From the NCBI GenBank assembly GCA_963845065.1, contig CAWJQQ010000002.1, positions 416,001 to 480,000 on the forward strand: DNA of 64,000 nucleotides, read 5' to 3'. A program made the position numbers and the translations under genes. Below the pieces are notes generated by a model, which saw only the letters and a list, made by a program, of their open reading frames with translations, had not been told where the DNA came from and ran no database searches. Positions 58,815 through 64,000 of the stretch are shown here, piece after piece. The first letter of the stretch is position 1, and every line of letters begins with the position of its first letter. The DNA comes from Nitrospirota bacterium. Lineage in GTDB: Bacteria; Nitrospirota; UBA9217.

Positions 58815-60269
58815 TTACATGATCCCGATGATTGAGGCACGCGCAAAATTCAAGATATCTGTTGGATACACTCCGATAACGAGCACTGCGGTCACCGAGA
58901 TCGCCAGTGCAAGTGCAAGGGATGGGGATGACGACAGCTCGATGCTGCCTTTCGGCTCGTGCATATACATGACCATGATGACCCGGAGATAGAAATAGGC
59001 ACTCACCGCAGAGAACAGCACACCCGCTACAGCAAGCCAAGTGAGCCCGGCCTGCACTGCAGACTTAAAGATATAAAACTTTCCCACGAACCCGGCAAGC
59101 GGTGGGATGCCGGTGAGCGAGAACATGAAAATCAGCATGAGAAAAGCTGCAGTCTTGTTCGTCTTGCCAAGTCCCGCAAAATCGGAAATTTCCTCGCCCC
59201 GCTCCCCTGCCTTTCTGAGCATGATCACAACGCCGAAAGCACCCATATTCATGAGGGCATAGATGCAGACATACAACATAACACTGGCAGCACCGTCCGG
59301 TCCGCCCGCTGCAAGGCCGACGAGAGCATACCCAGCATGGGCAATTGACGAGTAGGCGAGCATCCGCTTGATGTTGGTCTGGGATAAAGCCATGATATTA
59401 CCAACGGCCATGGTAAGGACAGCAAGCCAGGAAATAATTACCGTTGAGTGTTCGTGCAGCGGGGCAAAGGCGTATAAGAAAACCCTGAGCAGCACGGCAA
59501 AACCGGCTACCTTGGGCCCAGCTGACATGAACGCCGTAACCGATGTCGGCGCACCTTCATACACATCAGGCACCCACATGTGGAAAGGCACGGCTGCCAC
59601 CTTAAACCCGAAGCTCACGACCAGCATGAGCATGGATAGAGAAATGATCGGATTGGTAAGGTCTGCACTGCGCAGGTACACCAGGATCCCGGTGAGGTTC
59701 GTTGTGCCTGAAAGCCCGTATAGCAGCGACATGCCATAGACCATAATGGCCGAGGAGAAAGCGCCGAGGATAAGATATTTGATCGCTGCCTCGTTCGACC
59801 GGTTGTTGCGCCGCATAAAACCCGCAAGGATGTATATGGACAGGGCCATGAGTTCTAGACCGACATAAAGTGCAATCAGGTCCCCTGCCGACGCCATAAG
59901 CATCATACCGCTCGTTGCAAAAAGCATGAGGGCGTAGTATTCGCCACGATGAATATCCTCGATCTTCAGGTAGTTGATCGAGACCAGAATCCCAAGTCCG
60001 CAAGCAATGTAGAAGACAAATTTGAAAAATGTTGAAAAGGCATCCAGGTGAAACGTTCCAGCAAAGAAAACAGCGTTCACACCCATTAACTTATAGGTAG
60101 CGATGGCTGCCCCGATGATGCCGATCACGCTGAACCAGCCTAGCGTGTATTTTCGGTCTTTCTCGATAAATAAATCGAAGAGAAGCACTAAAAGAGCAGT
60201 GCTGATCATGACAGTCTCTGGTAATATCGGAATTATCGTTTGCAGAAATTGTTGATACAAAGTGGACAT
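58815..60269 (-). CDS. nuoN: NADH-quinone oxidoreductase subunit N
   Basis: EAAIKY, FKVAAVPFHMWVPDVYEGAP, KRMLAYSSIAH, GIPPLAGFVGK. Confidence 0.97.
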   Translation of the reverse strand: MSTLYQQFLQTIIPILPETVMISTALLVLLFDLFIEKDRKYTLGWFSVIGIIGAAIATYKLMGVNAVFFAGTFHLDAFSTFFKFVFYIACGLGILVSINYLKIEDIHRGEYYALMLFATSGMMLMASAGDLIALYVGLELMALSIYILAGFMRRNNRSNEAAIKYLILGAFSSAIMVYGMSLLYGLSGTTNLTGILVYLRSADLTNPIISLSMLMLVVSFGFKVAAVPFHMWVPDVYEGAPTSVTAFMSAGPKVAGFAVLLRVFLYAFAPLHEHSTVIISWLAVLTMAVGNIMALSQTNIKRMLAYSSIAHAGYALVGLAAGGPDGAASVMLYVCIYALMNMGAFGVVIMLRKAGERGEEISDFAGLGKTNKTAAFLMLIFMFSLTGIPPLAGFVGKFYIFKSAVQAGLTWLAVAGVLFSAVSAYFYLRVIMVMYMHEPKGSIELSSSPSLALALAISVTAVLVIGVYPTDILNFARASIIGIM

Positions 60270-60282
60270 GATTTCTCCTAAC

Positions 60283-61821
60283 TTATTTTCCTATCACGGT
60301 GCTGAGCATCTGGGTGACCACCGGCGCCGATGCTACCTTGGCATTAACCTGCTGAACCAAGTTTGCCACCGAGGCATGTATAACGCCGAAAGCGGCGTTC
60401 GGGTAAAGACCGATGAAAAACACCAGCACCACGAGCGGAAATGCAGCCACAACTTCGCGGGCGTTCATATCTGCAAGGTGCTCGTTGTGTGAATTCGTTA
60501 TTTTACCAAAGGCAACACGCTGGTAAAGCCAGAGCATGTATCCTGCGCCAAGGATGATACCCAGCGACGCGACCACGGCATATATTTTATTGTGCAGAAA
60601 TGCGCCCAAGAGGATCGTGAACTCTCCGATAAAACCGTTCGTGCCAGGCAGGCCGATTGATGCAAACGTGATGATCATCAGGAACGTTGCATACACCGGC
60701 ACCCGGGCTGCGATTCCGCCGTAGTCCGCGATCTGTCTCGTGTGGGTCCGTTCGTAAATCACACCCACGGCAAGGAACAACGCACCGGTCGAGACGCCAT
60801 GGTTCAGCATCTGAAGGATGCCTCCTTCAAGGCCCTGGAGATTTAACGTAAAGATGCCGAGAGTCACAAAACCCATATGGCTTACACTGGAGTAGGCAAT
60901 GAGCTTCTTGAAATCGGTCTGTGCAAAGGCCATGTAGGCTCCATAAATGATGGCAATGACCGATAGCACCATGATGGCAGGCGTCCAGGCAATGGCCGCG
61001 TCGGGAAAGAAAGGCAGCGAGAAGCGAAGAAAGCCGTAGGCCCCCATCTTTATAAGGATACCTGCAAGAATGATACTGCCAGCAGTCGGTGCTTCAACGT
61101 GGGCGTCCGGCAGCCAGGTGTGGACCGGGAACATCGGGACCTTGACGGCAAAAGCCGCGAAGAAGGCCGCAAAAACCCACATTTGGAAGGTGTAGTCGAA
61201 TTTATGATTCATGATCGCGAGCACGTCGAATGTGTGCCCGGCCGCGAAATAGACCGCGATGATCGCGATAAGCATGAGCACGCTGCCGACAAGCGTGTAA
61301 AGGAAGAACTTGATCGCAGCATACAGCCGGTTTGGACCGCCCCATATCCCGATAAGAAGATACATGGGAATGAGCATCGCTTCCCAAAAGATATAGAAGA
61401 GGAAAAGGTCAAGGGACACAAATACGCCAATCATGGCTGCTTCTAGGAACAATATGGCAATCATGAACTCACGCACTCTGTCCTGGATAGCTGTCCAAGA
61501 TACCATGATGGAAATGACAGTAAGGAGCGCAGACAGCGCGACAAACAGAACACTGATCCCATCAACGCCAATACGGTAATTGATGTTCCAGGCCGCGATC
61601 CAGGGCATGCTTTCGCCAAACTGCATGTGGGCAATGGAACCGTCGAAGTTCAGGAGAAGCGGTATGCACAGGCCGAGTTCAATGATCGAAAAGACGAGTG
61701 CTGTCCAGCGCACGGCTACCGCGTTTCGAATGAACAGCAGCAGGAACGCCCCGGCAACAGGTAGAAAGATAAAAAGGCTCAGCAGCGGATAATCGAGCTG
61801 ATTGAGTTTCAATTCGAGCAT
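60283..61821 (-). CDS. nuoM: NADH-quinone oxidoreductase subunit M
   Basis: GVDGIS, FWEAMLIP, KVPMFPVHTWLPDAHVEAP, GLPGTNGFIGE. Confidence 0.97.
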   Translation of the reverse strand: MLELKLNQLDYPLLSLFIFLPVAGAFLLLFIRNAVAVRWTALVFSIIELGLCIPLLLNFDGSIAHMQFGESMPWIAAWNINYRIGVDGISVLFVALSALLTVISIMVSWTAIQDRVREFMIAILFLEAAMIGVFVSLDLFLFYIFWEAMLIPMYLLIGIWGGPNRLYAAIKFFLYTLVGSVLMLIAIIAVYFAAGHTFDVLAIMNHKFDYTFQMWVFAAFFAAFAVKVPMFPVHTWLPDAHVEAPTAGSIILAGILIKMGAYGFLRFSLPFFPDAAIAWTPAIMVLSVIAIIYGAYMAFAQTDFKKLIAYSSVSHMGFVTLGIFTLNLQGLEGGILQMLNHGVSTGALFLAVGVIYERTHTRQIADYGGIAARVPVYATFLMIITFASIGLPGTNGFIGEFTILLGAFLHNKIYAVVASLGIILGAGYMLWLYQRVAFGKITNSHNEHLADMNAREVVAAFPLVVLVFFIGLYPNAAFGVIHASVANLVQQVNAKVASAPVVTQMLSTVIGK

Positions 61822-61957
61822 GGATAAACTCCTTAATGAAAAGCAGAGTACTTAGTACAGAGTTCAGGGTGATATAGAAATCGCTAAATTGGGAAATGTG
61901 ACTTTGTATCCGTATTAGGGACTTTATTATGGATTATGCACTTTGTACTTCGTACGT

Positions 61958-63889
61958 TTAACTGAAAATATAGTACAATCCTACGAGCACCACGAGGCCG
62001 AGCCCCATCGTAAAAGCGTATTGCTGCACGTAACCGCTTTCAAGCCGCCTACCCTTCTCGCTCGTTTTACCGATTGCAGCTGCTAACCAGTTTATGAATC
62101 CGTCGATGATTTTCACATCACCAATACCATAGAGAAACTTGGCGAGCTTATGGACCAAGCCATCGACGAAGATGTAGTTATAGATTTCATCAACTTTGTA
62201 CTTGTTCAGGAGCAGGTTGTACGTGCCTTTGAATTTTTCGGCTATTTTATTAGGCCAGGCACTGCTGGTTTTATACATGCCATGCGCCAATCTCCAGCCA
62301 GCGGCGGCGATACCGACCGACAAGACCATCAATAATATTTCCGCGCCATGGCTTTCATGTGCAGCATGTTCCACATGCGGGAAGATTGGAGCCAGGAATT
62401 CCTCAAAGAGATTTCCGTGCTCGATGATGGGCATACCGATGAATCCAATTGTCGCCGCGAAGAAAGCAAGGATCATAAGCGGTACGGTCATCACCTTAGG
62501 TGATTCATGAACATGATGTGCAACCTCAGGATCAAGACGAGACTTGCCGTAAAACGTAAGGTAAATCAACCGGAAAGAATAAAATGCAGTCATGAATGCA
62601 CCCGCGATGCCTAGCAACCAAAGCCCCAAGCCGATCGATGGCGCATTGAAAGCATTCCAGAGAATGTCGTCCTTGCTGAAGAAACCCGCGAACGGCGGGA
62701 TCCCGGACAAGGCAAGAGTACCGATATAAAATACGGCCCAGGTGATTTTAATTTTCGGTTGTAGCGCGCCCATCTTGCGCATGTCCTGCTCGCCGGAGAG
62801 GGCATGGATCACGCTGCCCGAAGCAAGGAACAGGAGACCCTTGAAGAACGCATGCGTCGTGAGGTGAAAGATGCCGGCGGAGAATGCCCCGACGCCGAGG
62901 CCGAGGAACATGTACCCGAGTTGGCTAATAGTGGAATAGGCGATGACTCGCTTGATGTCGTTCTGCACGAGGCCGATGGTCGCAGCAAAGACGGCTGTCA
63001 GACCGCCGACAATCGCCACGGTGTTCATCGCCGTTTCGGAGAGCGAGAAGATCGGTGCGCAACGCGCCACCATGAACACGCCGGCTGTTACCATGGTCGC
63101 AGCATGGATCAAGGCGCTGACCGGTGTCGGGCCTTCCATGGCATCCGGCAACCAGACATATAATGGAAGTTGTGCCGATTTGCCCATGGCTCCCAGAAAC
63201 AGCAGGAGCGAGATCAGTGTGATCACGCTGATTTCGCCTCCGAAGATATGATAGGTATGGTTCGTAACCGAAGTCCCCATCGTGGCAAAGACCTGGGAAA
63301 AATCAAGTGTGCCGCATGTCACGAAAATGAGCAGAACACCGAGCACGAACCCGAAGTCGCCAACCCGGTTCACCACAAAAGCCTTGACTCCCGCATCAGC
63401 GGCCGATTTCTTCTCGTACCAAAAACCGATAAGCAGGTAGGAGCAGAGACCCACGCCTTCCCAGCCTACGAACATGACCAGAAAGTTATTGGCCATCACC
63501 AGCACGAGCATGAAAAACGTGAAGAGCGATAGATACGCGAAGAACCGGGGATAGCCCTTGTCGCCGTGCATGTATCCGACGGAATAGATATGAATGAGCG
63601 AACTAAGCGTTGTCACAACCAGCAGCATCACCGCAGTGAGCTGGTCAATCTGGAAACCTACGTTAACCGTGAAGGTGCCGACTGAGATCCAGGTATAAAA
63701 ATTCTCATTCAGCTTTGCCCCGCCCAGCACATCGACGAACGCGCTAATGGAAAGAATGAACGCACCAATCACTCCCGCGATGGGGAAGTAGGCGGCCCTC
63801 TCTTTCAGAACTTTCCCGAACAGTCCCGCTATCAAAAAACCAGCAAACGGCAAAAGCGGTATAAGTGCGTATGTGAGCATGTCATGCAC
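61958..63889 (-). CDS. nuoL: NADH-quinone oxidoreductase subunit L
   Basis: WEGVGLCSYLLIGFW, GKSAQLPL..WLPDAMEGPTPVSALIHAATMV, HAFFKGLLFL. Confidence 0.97.
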   Translation of the reverse strand: MHDMLTYALIPLLPFAGFLIAGLFGKVLKERAAYFPIAGVIGAFILSISAFVDVLGGAKLNENFYTWISVGTFTVNVGFQIDQLTAVMLLVVTTLSSLIHIYSVGYMHGDKGYPRFFAYLSLFTFFMLVLVMANNFLVMFVGWEGVGLCSYLLIGFWYEKKSAADAGVKAFVVNRVGDFGFVLGVLLIFVTCGTLDFSQVFATMGTSVTNHTYHIFGGEISVITLISLLLFLGAMGKSAQLPLYVWLPDAMEGPTPVSALIHAATMVTAGVFMVARCAPIFSLSETAMNTVAIVGGLTAVFAATIGLVQNDIKRVIAYSTISQLGYMFLGLGVGAFSAGIFHLTTHAFFKGLLFLASGSVIHALSGEQDMRKMGALQPKIKITWAVFYIGTLALSGIPPFAGFFSKDDILWNAFNAPSIGLGLWLLGIAGAFMTAFYSFRLIYLTFYGKSRLDPEVAHHVHESPKVMTVPLMILAFFAATIGFIGMPIIEHGNLFEEFLAPIFPHVEHAAHESHGAEILLMVLSVGIAAAGWRLAHGMYKTSSAWPNKIAEKFKGTYNLLLNKYKVDEIYNYIFVDGLVHKLAKFLYGIGDVKIIDGFINWLAAAIGKTSEKGRRLESGYVQQYAFTMGLGLVVLVGLYYIFS

Positions 63890-63935
63890 CTCGATTTATC
63901 AACGAAAGAATACTAATTAATCAGCAGTCCGGAAA

Positions 63936-64000
63936 TCAGCCCTTCATGATATTGAATTCATCCACATAGATGCTCCCGCGGTTGCGCGAAAGCAGGATGA
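63936..64000 (-). CDS. nuoK: NADH-quinone oxidoreductase subunit K, 3' end only
   Basis: ILLSRNRGSIYVDEFNIMKG* immediately upstream of nuoL. Confidence 0.8.
   Translation of the reverse strand, partial: ILLSRNRGSIYVDEFNIMKG

Overview
Bacterial chromosomal window, probably from an anaerobe or microaerophile of Nitrospirota/Desulfobacterota type (inferred from gene content only). Positions 1-24100 are an accessory, IS-rich region abutting the 3' end of tRNA-Glu. It holds a partial IS4, an IS91-type element with a tyrosine recombinase, an IS607 deletion derivative, a complete ISL3 with a -1 frameshifted transposase, a TnpB remnant, a FadL-type channel, a cluster of envelope peptidases (DegP, M16, rhomboid, M1-ChaN-PDZ) and a P-type H+-ATPase. 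The rest is mostly core: tRNA-Lys/tRNA-Glu, purA, serA, a class V aminotransferase, ttcA, two class II ribonucleotide reductases, scpA/scpB, pal-cpoB, an oxidative pentose phosphate operon and nuoKLMN, with an IS481-family insertion. The main discovery is two selenocysteine (UGA read-through) candidates that the ORF track misses or truncates. (1) A 40-aa peptide at 49470-49592 (-) ends C-H-K-U-K-G-U-K-S, has a strong RBS and an fdhF-like SECIS hairpin, and lies directly upstream of a radical SAM/SPASM enzyme; this is a candidate seleno-RiPP system unlike SbtA/SbtM. (2) A secreted DUF1573-type protein at 28993-29388 (-) has S-U-G-C in place of the family S-C-G-C motif and a SECIS-like hairpin. 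Sec machinery genes (selABCD) are not in this window. All family assignments are by eye from motifs; no searches were run.
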